Assembly: GCF_001194135.2 (NCBI RefSeq)
Contig: NC_069006.1
Span: 607,140 to 671,139, forward strand
Length of the DNA: 64,000 bases
Source: Octopus bimaculoides
Taxonomy: Eukaryota
Direction of reading: 5' to 3'
Position 1 is the first letter of the stretch; every line of letters begins with the position of its first letter. Below the pieces are notes generated by a model. It had not been told where the DNA came from. It did not search any database and saw nothing but the letters and a program-made list of their open reading frames with translations. Position numbers and translations under genes: made by a program. Shown here piece by piece: positions 11,750 through 24,799 of the stretch.

Positions 11750-12430
11750 TACCACCACCAACTTCACCATCACCTCCGCCACCGTCGTCACCACCACCTT
11801 TACAACTACAAGCACCACAACCATCGTCACCACCGAAATAACACAACCACCACTACCACCATCTCCACCACCACTTCCATCCCGACCACCACCAACCCCA
11901 CCATAGCCACCACCGCAGCCTGTGCCAAATATATCAACACTACACCAACTCACCTATTCACTCAACTGAACAAAATTAATGATTTCACACGACTGACTGA
12001 CGACACCACCGCCTCCACCACTACCATCGCCATCACGACTTCCACTGGTACCACCACCACCACCAATTACAACAGCAACACCGTCACTAATACCATCACC
12101 ATCTCCACCGCCATCACGACTCTCAATGGCGCCATCATCACCACCATCAGCAACATCATCTCCAACGCACCAGCAACATCACAACCATCATCGCCACCAC
12201 CAACACGAACGACGTCCATCGCCACCACCAGCAGCAATCATACATGACATCACCAACAGCAGCAGCAGCACTACCATCACGGCCTCCACTGAACACCATC
12301 ATCGCCAACACCAATTACAACAGCAGCACCATCGGTACCAATACTGCCACCAAGAAGAACATCAATATCACCAGCACTACCAACAAAACCAAAACCAGTA
12401 TCGACACCGCCACCACCGCCGCCGGTGATT
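11750..12430. repeat. Long degenerate (CAC/CAT/ACC)n trinucleotide array
   Basis: About 680 bp of cryptic triplet repeat producing spurious Thr/His/Pro-rich ORFs in several frames; similar arrays at 21935-22230, 29700-29950 and 31900-32120. Confidence 0.9.
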
Positions 12431-12699
12431 GTGTTGGTGGTCCTTGTTATTGGTGCCGTTGTTGCATTCAGTGATGGGATGGTGTAATGGTGACGTTGTT
12501 TTGATTCTGGGGCCATTGCTACAGAAGATGGAACGTGCGAGGGATATCTAGTTCGAACCAGGTTAAAGGTNNNNNNNNNNGGTCCTTGTTATTGGTGCCG
12601 TTGTTGCATTCAGTGATGGGATGGTGTAATGGTGACGTTGTTTTGATTCTGGGGCCATTGCTACAGAAGATGGAACGTGCGAGGGATATCTAGTTCGAA

Positions 12700-13100
12700 C
12701 CAGGTTAAAGGTGAGCTGCACAGACGAAGAAGCTATTGTCATCGTGTTGGACATTTAGTATAGAGAAGCGGTGGAAACTATAGTTGAAAAGTATCAAAAT
12801 TATACAGGAGCACGCATCAACTGGGACAAGTCAGTGGGGTAATAAACTTGGCATTAGGAGAGACAATATCATGTTGCTCAGTGGCGAGTTCTTTTAACTG
12901 GACCGAAGGGTAAGTTAAGGTGCCTGGAGTCTGATTTAGACCAAATCTCCAAGCAAACGAGAACCCAGGAGAGTTTGCTTGCAGGGTAGTCAGTCACACT
13001 AAAAAATGGGCCGAGAGGAAGTTGTCTTTGAAAAGTCTAGCAGATGCTACTGTCTACCTACATCGCCACGTCAGTGTACTATTACCTAAGCTTCCCCCAC
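12700..13100 (+). pseudogene. Tx1-like LINE reverse transcriptase fragment, decayed
   Basis: Translates with stops to EAVETIVEKYQNYTGARINWDKSVG*, WTEG*VKVPGV*FRPNLQ and KKWAERKLSLK, typical of the post-YADD region of L1/Tx1 RTs. Confidence 0.75.
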
Positions 13101-13109
13101 GCACCCACG

Positions 13110-13345
13110 CTATTAAGTAGTATCGGGTTTAGTCCCACTGCGTGGGACCTCGGACAGGTGTCTTTTGCTATCGGTCTGCTTACGTCCTCGTTACTCAGTT
13201 GTTCAGCAAAGAGACTGATAGAGTCAGTACCAGTCTCTTTTTTTACAAATAAAAAGTATTGGTGTTGATCTATTCGACCAAAACCCTTCAAGATATTGCC
13301 CCAGCATGGCCGAAGGCTAGTGACTGAAACTCGTAAATGATAAAA
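13110..13345 (+). mobile_element. SINE family A, internally deleted
   Basis: GGGTTTAGTCCCACTGCGTGGGACCTCGGACAGGTGTCTT...GTTGATCTATTCGACC...CCCCAGCATGGCCG. Confidence 0.8.
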
Positions 13346-14090
13346 GTTAATTGGTAGAGAATTATGGTGGAAATTTCGAAAACACAAACAGACCGTACAA
13401 AGAGAACCTGCTGAAGACACGACCAGTAAGCCCCGAGTTGATGTCAGTTCAATATGGCTGACTTTAATGAAAAATAAACTCAAATCACTTCAAAAGTGAC
13501 ATTTTTAATATATATTTGCATTAGTGGGGGGAATTGAGGATCAGCGCGACAGTAATTATTGGTACACATACACATATGTACACATTTACATAAATACACG
13601 TGTACATATATTCGCACATACATACCGACATATATGCATACGTACATACATACATACATACACCGTGTGTGTATATATATTTATACACTCACACACATGC
13701 ATACATGAGAAGGACATTTAATTTATTCTTAATTTAACCTCGACCTTTCTCCCCATAAATCTTCGAACTAACCAACAGGACCGAGTCTAACACTAATTGC
13801 GATTTATTTGATAAAAAAAAAAATTAATAAATAAAAGAAAAGGAAAGAAAATGGAGAAAAAATAAAAAAGAAACCAAAATCACAAGCAAACGATTTTGAT
13901 CAGATTTAATTTTTGTTTTTGAGGTTAGATCCATAGATCGATAAACGATCAATCCCACATGACATAATCGAAGAAATGAAAAAAATAAAATCAAAATTAG
14001 CAATATTGAATGCCAGTTCGGAAGATTCACCGTTTCGAAACAGCACGGCATATCCACTATCCTCAACAACAACAACAACAATAATAATAA

Positions 14091-14205
14091 TTTCTTTTTA
14101 TTGGCCACAAGGGCCCATGAGACAGAGTACAACATCAAACGACGAAATGCAACCCCAAAAAGGTGAGATTTACAATGATCAAAGGGGGAAAACAAAGATA
14201 TAACA
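14091..14205 (-). mobile_element. LINE-like 3' tail (Tx1-type terminal motif) abutting (AAT)n
   Basis: TTTTATTGGCCACAAGGGC at 14096-14114, same terminus as 3818-3835. Confidence 0.5.
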
Positions 14206-14220
14206 ACGACAATAATAATA

Positions 14221-14693
14221 TTAGTTTCAAATTTTAGCTCAAAGCAAACAATTGGAGGAGGGGGAGGGAGTAGTCGATGACATCGACCTCAGTATTTGAA
14301 TAGTATTTTATTTTATCGAACCCGTAAGGATGAAAGGCGAAGTCGACGACCTCGGCGGAATTTGAATTCGTAGCAAAAAAGAGCTGCTAGAACTGACTCT
14401 AAGCATTTTGTCCAAATGCGCTGACGATTCTGCCATCTCACCATCTTAACAGCAACAACAGTGATTACAATAATAATAATAATTTCAAATTTTGGCCCGA
14501 GGCCAGCAATTTCAGGGAAAGCAGTAAGTCGATTACATCGACCTCCAGTGCTCGACTGGTACGTATTTTATCGACCCCGAAAGGATGAAAGGCAAAGACA
14601 ATCTTGGCGGAATTTGAACTCGGAACGTAAAGCCAGAAGAACTGTTGCAAAGCATTTTGTCCGACGCGTGAACGATTGCACCTTCTCCCGCCT
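14221..14693 (-). mobile_element. Two tandem SINE family B copies (14221-14447, 14483-14693) separated by (AAC)/(AAT) repeats
   Basis: Both show TTTATCGAC(C)CC..AAGGATGAAAGGC...GGCGGAATTTGAA(C/T)TC...AAAGCATTTTGTCC. Confidence 0.85.
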
Positions 14694-14790
14694 GAACAAC
14701 AACAACAATCTGTTGAGTAACAACTACCCCAAAAACATATTATCCACTCCAATCATGAAGAGGATGAAAGAGGATGAAAGAGGATGAAAC

Positions 14791-15125
14791 CCATAAACTG
14801 ACCACAGTCTGTCCACCCCATGTGAAAGGCCTCTCCGAAAAGATGCAAAAGATGTGCAGCTCGTATGGCATCAGGACAGTAGTCAAGAATAATACAACCC
14901 TTCACAAATACCGCCTTCGAGTAAAACCACCAATAGAAGAGAATATGACCAAAGACTGCGAGTACTCCACCCCATACAGCTGTGGTAGGTTATATACAAA
15001 GCGACCTGAATAATAAGACCTTAGGAATGAAAACCCAGGTTCGAAATTCCCCCAGGACACCTGAAACGTTGTGTTAACAAATAAGATGAGGACAAATATC
15101 CGTCAAATGCAAATAATGTCCTCAT
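14791..15125 (+). pseudogene. Penelope-like element fragment (end of RT leading into GIY-YIG endonuclease) plus 3' repeat
   Basis: ORF 14774-15013: VCPPHVKGLSEKMQKMCSSYGIRTVVKNNTTLHKYRLRVKPPIEENMTKDCEYSTPYSCGRLY, matching the PYVKGLSEK...VY.IPC.CG..Y PLE signature. Confidence 0.8.
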
Positions 15126-15290
15126 AAGAACTTCTTCAAAGACCTGCTATTTTATAGATGCAGTTGTATTCTTCTAACCATCTTTAGGGTTTACATAACA
15201 TAAAAGATGCACGAGCAGTGCATATTCGGACGTCTCAACTTCGCACAATGGGAGTGATTTGTTGAGAAAAATTGTTTGCCCGGATTGATA

Positions 15291-15325
<35 letters not shown>

Positions 15326-16319
15326 AAGAAAACGTCCGTCAAAAAGTGACTTGCGATAGATACAGACAAAATGTGCTCAGACCGGACTAAGAATCAAAAA
15401 TCCGATGTCAGACGAAGGGTTACGGAATCAGAGCAAATAGGAGTTGGCTATCGGTAATGTATCGGTCGAGCTTATGGAAGTATAATAGTATAAAATAAAA
15501 GAAAGAGAGGTAGTCCCAAAGGTATCAAATCATTTCTAACATAGAAACTCAGAAGTGAATATAAAATTGAATATAAATTTAGCAGAAAAACTGGAGAATC
15601 AGGAGAGCGAAAGTTCAATGGGATTCCTCACAGACAGATATAAATCCAGAAAGTTCATAATGTAATATCCATGAAGAGAATTGGAATAAGACCTTCGTAT
15701 TTGTTCAACCTGGACAGGTAAGTTACCCGCATTCTCTACTCTATTACTTGCGAAATTTGAATAATTTCCAGGATTTTTATCTACCTGTCCAGAATAAACC
15801 AACCAACATACACACACACACACACACGAGTGAACGAAAGTAGCATTCAATATATTCGGTAGGAGTTAACATGTATTTAATGACAGTTTGGCTGAGCCCC
15901 GCATTACTTCAAGTTTCGTGGATGCAGGGCACGCCGATCTTGTCAGATGCTCACAACAACAACAACAGCAGCAGCAGCCGTTGCTGCAGTTATTTTTCTC
16001 GTTTACAATCATCTTTACTACTGATGTTTCCGTTACTATTAATATTAAGAGCGGTGGTATCATCATCATCATCATTATTATTATTATTATTAGTAGTAGT
16101 AGTTGTTACCGTTGTTCCCCTTCTTCCTGTCTCCTCTCTCACTTTCCTCCTCCTCCTTCTGTTGCTGTTTCTGTGTTTATTAGAGCGTAACCATTGATAC
16201 TTCCACAACACACCTCAGTGAATCCTGTCTTACACAATGGCAGTTGGAAATATGGTGGAGCAGATATAGCAACAACCACTTTATAAACACACACACACAC
16301 ACAAATGCACGCACAGACA

Positions 16320-16379
<60 letters not shown>

Positions 16380-16574
16380 TGCAATCTCAACAGACACATA
16401 TACAACACATAACATACACACATACATACAGCAACAAATAAATTCTGAATACATACACACCCATACACCGAGATACACACAACATACACCTCTACAACAT
16501 ACACACACGCACACAAGCAAATGCATACACATACAGAATCGTATCAACAAGCAGATATTGCAGCAACAGTTTCG

Positions 16575-16608
<34 letters not shown>

Positions 16609-17227
16609 CCGCACGCACATATGCGTGCAATATAGAAATACATCTATACAACACAAAACACACACACTCATATAGATACAGCGTACGCAACACTCAACAT
16701 ACACACACATGCACATAGCAAATTCAAACATATCCATAGACACACAAACATATTCATACATGCATAAACACATACGCAACAGATTCAACACTCAGTATAT
16801 ATATATACACAGAACTGCACAAAACCACACACACGCACACGTACTTATACACACGTAAACATTCAATGTACAGACGCACTCAAACACACTTAAATACAGA
16901 CATACACACTCACACATACAACACACAGACATTGAAAATTTACATACATACACACTCAACACACATATATACAAAAACGTACATACACACACAACAGATA
17001 CGTACAGTTTATAAGCGTGTGAGTGGCTCTGTGTATACCTGTGTGTTTACGTGTATTTATCAAAGTGTGTGTAATTGTACGTACGTACGCACGTATGTGC
17101 ATATGTCTGTGTGAATGTAATCATGTGTGTGTGTGTGTGTGCGCGCGCAAACAAGTTATTATACCTGTGTACTAGTGTGTTTGCATGTGCGTCATGTACA
17201 CGTACATATGTTTACTCTCATATGTGT

Positions 17228-17580
17228 ATGTGCGGGTATCTTTTGTCTTTTACTTGTTTCAATCATTGGACTGCGGCCATGCTGGGGCAACGCCTTGAAA
17301 GGTTTTATTCGATCCCATCGACCTCAGTACTTTTTTGAAAAGATGTGCCGAACCGTTAAGTTACGGGAATGTATGCGAACCAAAAGTAGTTGTTGAGAAA
17401 CAAACGTATTCACACGCACACGCACACACGACGGGATTCCACAGTTTCTGTCAACCAAATCTACTCGTACGGTATTGGTTGACTCAAGGCTATATTAGAA
17501 GATACTTGCCCATGATGTCGCGCAGTGGGACTGGAGCTGAAACTACAAGGCCTCAAAGCGAGCTTCTTAATCACACACCC
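17228..17580 (-). mobile_element. SINE family A, diverged full-length copy
   Basis: TTTACTTGTTTCAATCATTGGACTGCGGCCATGCTGGGGC...GAACCGTTAAGTTACGGG...GCAGTGGGACTGGAGCTG. Confidence 0.8.
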
Positions 17581-18415
17581 ATGTGTAGATCTTACACNNN
17601 NNNNNNNNNNNNNNNNNNNNNNNNNNNNNNNNNNNNNNNNNNNNNNNNNNNNNNNNNNNNNNNNNNNNNNNNNNNNNNNNNNNNNNNNNNNNNNNNNNNN
17701 NNNNNNNNNNNNNNNNNNNNNNNNNNNNNNNNNNNNNNNNNNNNNNNNNNNNNNNNNNNNNNNNNNNNNNNNNNNNNNNNNNNNNNNNNNNNNNNNNNNN
17801 NNNNNNNNNNNNNNNNNNNNNNNNNNNNNNNNNNNNNNNNNNNNNNNNNNNNNNNNNNNNNNNNNNNNNNNNNNNNNNNNNNNNNNNNNNNNNNNNNNNN
17901 NNNNNNNNNNNNNNNNNNNNNNNNNNNNNNNNNNNNNNNNNNNNNNNNNNNNNNNNNNNNNNNNNNNNNNNNNNNNNNNNNNNNNNNNNNNNNNNNNNNN
18001 NNNNNNNNNNNNNNNNNNNNNNNNNNNNNNNNNNNNNNNNNNNNNNNNNNNNNNNNNNNNNNNNNNNNNNNNNNNNNNNNNNNNNNNNNNNNNNNNNNNN
18101 NNNNNNNNNNNNNNNNNNNNNNNNNNNNNNNNNNNNNNNNNNNNNNNNNNNNNNNNNNNNNNNNNNNNNNNNNNNNNNNNNNNNNNNNNNNNNNNNNNNN
18201 NNNNNNNNNNNNNNNNNNNNNNNNNNNNNNNNNNNNNNNNNNNNNNNNNNNNNNNNNNNNNNNNNNNNNNNNNNNNNNNNNNNNNNNNNNNNNNNNNNNN
18301 NNNNNNNNNNNNNNNNNNNNNNNNNNNNNNNNNNNNNNNNNNNNNNNNNNNNNNNNNNNNNNNNNNNNNNNNNNNNNNNNNNNNNNNNNNNNNNNNNNNN
18401 NNNNNNNNNNNNNNN

Positions 18416-18459
<44 letters not shown>

Positions 18460-18539
18460 GTATGTCTATCAACAGTCAAACTCTAGGAGTAGTAGTAGTA
18501 GTAGCAGTATAGGAGCATCCGCTGGCACTGATACGGCAC

Positions 18540-18680
18540 AATCATTACTTGGTGGCAACAGCTATCGAATCCATGGGTCTGTTTTACTCAAGAACACAAC
18601 ACGCCGTCTGGTCCGGGAATCGAACCCATGATCTAACGATCGTGATTGCGACACCCGAACCACTAGACCATGCATCTTCA
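18540..18680 (-). mobile_element. tRNA-derived SINE family C, head fragment
   Basis: Reverse complement: TGGTCTAGTGGTTCGGGTGTCGCAATCACGATCGTTAGATCATGGGTTCGATTCCCGGACC...GTTGTGTTCTTGAGTAAAAC (A and B boxes). Confidence 0.8.
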
Positions 18681-18945
18681 TAGTAGACAAACTATAGACA
18701 AAATGAAAGAGAAAAGATTTCATATATTGGATGTAGTTCAGATTATAGCATTCTCATCGTATAATAAATATAGTTTAAGGCAGTTAGTGAAACCCTGACA
18801 ATCATCGGGCGGGAACGCGGCATTGAAAGCGCACATTTCTCATCCAGCAATCCAAATGATATAAGTCTCTCGTGGTCCGATAAAGACAGTTCTGCAATTT
18901 CTTGTTGAACAACCTGCAGAAATAATTTGTGTACAGTGACCAAGT

Positions 18946-19332
18946 GGAGGCGCAATGGCACAGTGGTTAGGGAAACGGACTCGCGGTCATAGGATCGCGG
19001 TTTCGATTCCCAGACTGGGCGTTGTGAGTGTTTATTGAGCGAAAACACCTAAAACTCCACGAGGCTCCTGCAGGGGATGGTGGTGAACCCTGCTGTACTC
19101 TTTCACCACAACTTTCTCTCACTCTTACTTCCTGTTTCTGTTGTACCTGTAATTCAAAAGGGTCAGCCTTGTCACACTGTGTCACGCTGAATATCCCCGA
19201 GAACTACGTTAAGGGTACACGTGTCTGTGGAGTGCTCAGCCACTTGCACGTTGATTTCACGAGCAGGCTGTTCCATTGATCGGATCAACTGGGACCCTCG
19301 ACGTCGTAAGCGACGGAGTGCCAACAACAAAA
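18946..19332 (+). mobile_element. Full-length tRNA-derived SINE family D with 10-bp target-site duplication
   Basis: A box TGGCACAGTGG, B box GGTTTCGATTCC, (AAC)n/A tail; TSD GTGACCAAGT 18936-18945 and GCGACCAAGT 19333-19342. Confidence 0.9.
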
Positions 19333-19429
19333 GCGACCAAGTGTAAGCGCTACACATTAGCTCACTTCTTTCATCAACTCAATATTGCTAGAACAGGTGC
19401 ACGCTCTACCGCACGCCAGTCGTCGAAGT

Positions 19430-19535
19430 GACCGCAGAGTAACGTCAAATGAAGTGCTTTACACAAGAACACAACACACCAGTCGGTCAAGGAATTGAAA
19501 CTGCAATTTCGAGATAGCATGTGCAGCACCCTAAC
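19430..19535 (-). mobile_element. SINE family C head fragment
   Basis: Reverse complement TGGTTAGGGTGCTGC...GCAGTTTCAATTCCTTGACCG...GTGTTGTGTTCTTGTGTAAAGCACTTCATTT. Confidence 0.7.
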
Positions 19536-20544
19536 CAATTACAGAAATTTCGAATGAAATATATTACTTAAAAATAACTACCTCGGTTTTTATATATCGA
19601 GAACTACTTGGGAAGAAGATTATTTTCTTTTACTCCTATAAACTAAGATACATGTGTGTGTGATGTGTGTGTATGTGTGCATATATAAATATATATATAT
19701 ATATGTATATATATACGCATACACATATATACGCATATACATACACACACACACACATATATATATATATACACATATATACATATGCATATATATATGC
19801 ACATATATGCATATATGTGTGTGTTTATTCAGAATGTTACGCCTTGATTTATACATGTATCTGTATGTGGTAGACAGCTCTAGATTTGAATAAATGAATA
19901 TGCGTGCGTATGTATACGAGGTGAGTGTATGGGTGTGTATGATATACCTGCGTTGTGGGTGTATCTGATCGTGTTACAATAATTGTATTGTTGTTGTTGC
20001 TCTTGCTAATCCTCCCACCTCATGTTGGCCATATCCGGCAAGATCCGCTTCTCTAAGCTCTGCTAATCCCATAATACTACTGCCCATGCCAAAACCCTTT
20101 TAACCTAAATGGAGGAATCAATGGCCTACATCAACCTTGTCTGCATGAACTTAAAATCCATCTTGTTATCTATCTATCAATCTATCTATCTACCTACCTT
20201 TCTATCTATCTATCTATCAATCTACCTATCTACCTACCTTTCTATCTATCTATCTATCAATCTACCTATCTACCTACCTTCGAAGGCTCTTTCTCCTCTT
20301 CGTATGATTTAAAGGGATCTGGCAGTTATTTTTTACAGTTAGACATACACTATTCCACTTTAATATACTCTGTCTGTCTGTCTGTCTCTCTCTCTGTGAG
20401 CTCCGTTCGTTCGAGTTTTCTTTGAACTGTAGGCAAGGAATATAGTCTCAGGCACATTATTTCTACAAAAAAAACACAAGTTGTTAAGAGCCATAACTGG
20501 AATACCACCGCTGCCAACATCAACGACAACATTTTAGTAATCAT

Positions 20545-20991
20545 GGGCACGTGGTTAAGAATCTCCCATTGCAACTATAAGGTTTCCGGTTCAGTCCCAT
20601 TGCGCGGCACCTTAGGTGTCTTCTAGTATAGCTCCAGGAAGCTTAATAACTTGTGTGTGAATTTAGCAGACGGAAACTGTGTGGAAGTCCGTTGTATATA
20701 TATAACTTCATTGTAGGGCTCATTTGAATCAAGGTATTTTAACATTCAGGACACCAGGAAAGGGTAGATTTCAGTACATACGTGTATATACCACATACAA
20801 ACACATTTCTTCAACGATGCTTAACTGAGACGGACAATCGATATCTTGGATTTTTTCTCCGAAACAATTTTTAATCACCTGAAGAAAACGTTTTTTTAAA
20901 AATATTTTCATGATGTAATTGAATTATTCATCAATAAAAATGTGCATGAAACAGCTGTAGCGAACCTTAAACCCATTTGTCTTCTTACTTA

Positions 20992-21023
<32 letters not shown>

Positions 21024-21255
21024 TAGATAGTGTGTGCGCGTATGTGGCTTTGTGGTTGTCCCCCGACCACCGTTTGACAACTAGCGCTGATATGTTTATG
21101 GCCATGTAACTTAGCGGTTCGGCAGAAGATACCGATGGAGTAAGTATCAAACTGTAAAAACATAAAAGTCCTGGGGGCGACTAAAAGTCCTAAGGCTCGA
21201 CTAAACACTTCAAGACGGTGCCCCAGCATGGTCTGAGACCAACTGACTGAAATAA
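20545..21255 (+). mobile_element. SINE family A split into 5' half (20545-20700) and 3' half (21045-21255) by about 330 bp of other sequence at its internal microsatellite
   Basis: 5' half ends GGAAGTCCGTTG(TA)n; 3' half resumes after (TG)n with CCCCCGACCACCGTTTGACAAC. Confidence 0.7.
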
Positions 21256-23786
21256 CAAAAATTAAGAAAAAATTAAAAATAAATATCGCACGTGACGTTT
21301 AGAATTCCGCCATCATTCAGATAAGGATTAGGTTTGGCTTAAATTATTATTATTATTATTATTATTAAATCCTAAAATAAATTAACAACAAAAATATTAT
21401 TTTTAAAAAATCAAATAAAATAAATCGGACGTGAGAATGTTTTGAAACCCAAACCGTTTTTAACAGTTGCAAATGTAGCGTCAAGACATTATAGGATGTG
21501 CACTCAAGTAGCAACATGGCGATACGCATCCTCATCGTCAGCATTATTATCATTATTATTATGTTGGTTGCCAGTGACAGGGTGGTGGGGAGCTGCTTTA
21601 CTTTCCTTTTCTTTTTTTTTTTCTATTTGGTTAATTAATTTATTTATTTATTACTATTCATTTATTATTATTTTATAGTTTTTGTTTTTTTTATCTGTTG
21701 AATTTTAATTTTCTTTCCACTAAATTGGCGGCTTAAGTAAATATTAGCCCGAAACGTAATTAATTAAATTTCTATCCCATTATATTATATTAAATTATAC
21801 AATATTATCTTTATATACATGTGTGTGTGTGTGTGTGCAAAATACACACACACACACGTATATCTAAACATCACCTTTGATTATATACTTTTTCTTCGAA
21901 ATATACGTTGATAAAAAACACTTAGACAACTTGCACTAAAAAATGATGATCGAGGTGATGATGATGATGACGACAACGAAGATGATGATTATAATGGTGA
22001 TGATGGTGATGTTGATCATAATGGCGAGGATGATGATGATGGCGACAGTGATGGTGGCTGAAATGATGATTATGAGGGTGATGATGATAACGACAACGAT
22101 GATCACCGGCGATGATGATGATTAGAGTGGAAGCCGTGATATTTATGATGACGATGATGGTAGCTGTGATGATGATGTTGACGATGATGATGATGATGAT
22201 AACAACAACAAAAACAACAACGGCATTACGAATAAGCAATTTCAAATAAAAAACTCAAAAACAAAAAAGTCAAAACTCAAAAACTAAAAGCAAAAAAAAA
22301 AAGGCATCCGAATTGAATTACAAAACAAAAATAAAAACAAACAAAAAGCACCAAACAAAAAATATTAAATAAATATTCAAAGTAAAAAACGAATTCTTTA
22401 CGCCAAACCCAATAAATTCTGATGAAATTCAAATAGACATTTGGGTTCTTTCATTTAATATAGCAGACATGATCCCTGAATGGAATCGTTTGTCACGGTG
22501 CGTTTGGTAAGAATCCTTTACTTCTAACTCCCTCTTTATTATCTCCCCTTCTTTTATTTACTTATTTATTCATTCATTCATTGATTTTTTTTTTTTAATA
22601 AGAAACCCCTCACGTTGTTTGCAGTTTTATTATACGGTTATATACGTTTTTTTTTCTCTCTCTCTGCAAATAACGTCTCTGGATTTTGGTTTCGTTTTTA
22701 CGATGCTGTGGAGAAACCGGTGGAAGCATACCGACTGCAACAACAACAACAACAACAACGATAGTAACCACAACAACAACAACGATAGCAACAGTAACAA
22801 TAATAACGATAAGAACAATAACGGCAGTTGCTTCAAAAACAACAGCGACAACAAGTGGAAGCAACCATGATGGCTGCAGCAACAGAGGCAACGACAGGAA
22901 TGAAACGTGCAACAGGAGTAGTGAGACTAAATGTGATCGCTGAGGTAGAAATAACAGCTAAATCTGCCTCGAATCGCGCACTGCCGTTTTAATAATGAAG
23001 AACAATTTGCACAAGTAAAAAAAAAAAAAAAGTTGCAGCCTATGATCACGGCTGGAGCGCCCTCGACCATAGATCAACATGATAAAAGCTGACCTCGGAA
23101 TAAACCACCACCATCTTGATAGTTGAATTGTCTGACCAGGGTTGACCTAAGAGGCGGTGGGGTGTAACAACAGAACCTTACCTCTACTGCGGCCTATACT
23201 CCACGCAACAAAACCACTAACAACAACAACAACGGCTCTCGTGCTATCAGCTTTACCATCAACACTGCAACCAACACCAAGACCATTAATATTGCTTTCA
23301 TCATCAGTAAAAAGAAAAAGAATCACCAGCAACACCACCACCACCACCAGCACCACCACCACCACCACCAGCACCACCACCACCACNNNNNNNNNNNNNN
23401 NNNNNNNNNNNNNNNNNNNNNNNNNNNNNNNNNNNNNNNNNNNNNNNNNNNNNNNNNNNNNNNNNNNNNNNNNNNNNNNNNNNNNNNNNNNNNNNNNNNN
23501 NNNNNNNNNNNNNNNNNNNNNNNNNNNNNNNNNNNNNNNNNNNNNNNNNNNNNNNNNNNNNNNNNNNNNNNNGTGTCCCTGTTTTGTCAATCCTTCACTG
23601 AAATCGAACTCGAGGTCTCGGTAAGGTTAAAAGGATTTCATATCTGATCGAACGATTTCATTAGCCAAAGAGCTTCATGGAAATACGTGATTTCATACAT
23701 AAATACGTTAGCACACGCACACATATATACATGCACATTTATATACAAACACATATACACACACAAAAACACAAACATACATACAT

Positions 23787-23818
<32 letters not shown>

Positions 23819-24389
23819 CTCAGTATGTATTTATGTATGTTTATAAATATTTCACAAAGCAGACATAATAGTTTACAAGCGACTCATTTTCTGTTTTTAT
23901 TTTATAGAAATCTGTATTACAACATAAATTTTCAACATGGCACAGCGCCAGTTTGCCGAAATATTTGAATAACGTAGATTACGTGTATATATCTTTCGTT
24001 CGGTGTCTCGTCAGATTCTGTCGCGCCAGAGACTAACTGTTCCTTAGTTTTAAAAATACAAAACCACCACCACAACAACTACTGTATGGATTCCCGATAT
24101 GAATCCTTCTCTATCATGTCTTAAGTTAATATTGATTGCGCAATAAACGATCGACGATAATCATGTAGTTTCACCACAGTTTGTGGTGAATGCATTTCAT
24201 TTAGAAAAAATGTGTAAAGAATATATATATATATTTGTATTTTGTGATGCTGTTTCGTATCTTTCCCAGCCTCAAAACAATTTAAATGTGATTTTTGAAG
24301 TTATCTTAAATTCATTACACATATATGCATATACAAAAAAAAAAACGCAAAACGTACAGATCTTGTACATGCACAACTACCCTGTTGAT

Positions 24390-24495
24390 GTTCTTGAAAT
24401 TCTGATTATGGAGCCTTGGACCTAGGTTAGAAATCGGCTCTTTCTGCATTGGCAAGAAATCTAGAAAACTAAATAACATACATACATACATACAT
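24390..24495 (+). mobile_element. 3' tail of an RLE-type LINE ending in (CATA)n
   Basis: CTGTTGATGTT...CCTTGGACCTAGGTTAGAAATCGGCTCTTTCT..ATTGGCAAGAAATC...AATAACATACATAC is the reverse complement of 40640-40750. Confidence 0.75.
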
Positions 24496-24510
24496 GCATA
24501 TATATATGTG

Positions 24511-24553
<43 letters not shown>

Positions 24554-24722
24554 GGATTGCAGGGAATGTGTTTCATATAGGAAAATAAAGAATATACCAT
24601 ATTTTGTGGTGCTATTTCGCTTTCTTCCCATGCATGAAATAAATTTAAATGTGATTGTTTAATTTATGTTAAATTATTCAAAAGAAATACATAAACATGT
24701 CCTATATCTATGTGTGTATGTG

Positions 24723-24753
<31 letters not shown>

Positions 24754-24799
24754 TGCGTTTGTGAGTATGCGTTTGTGTATGTGACGCTTTGTCAATCCC

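Noticed and set aside
11669-12474. Thr/His/Pro/Gln-rich ORFs resembling a mucin or His-rich protein
   Set aside because: Degenerate triplet array open in several frames on both strands, with no convincing splice context; the same applies to 21.9-22.9, 23.1-23.4 and 29.7-29.9 kb
12439-12712. Exact 132-bp direct duplication (12439-12570 and 12581-12712)
   Set aside because: The copies flank a 10-N gap and are identical, the signature of unmerged overlapping contig ends
18946-19030. tRNA-like sequence with A and B boxes
   Set aside because: It is the head of a SINE that continues into a body, tail and TSD, not a tRNA gene; the same applies to the other tRNA-like heads
22467-22506. 40-nt plus-strand micro-exon candidate (MIPEWNRLSRCV)
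   Set aside because: Reasonable splice sites but its phase does not fit the 25101 candidate, and it is too short to judge
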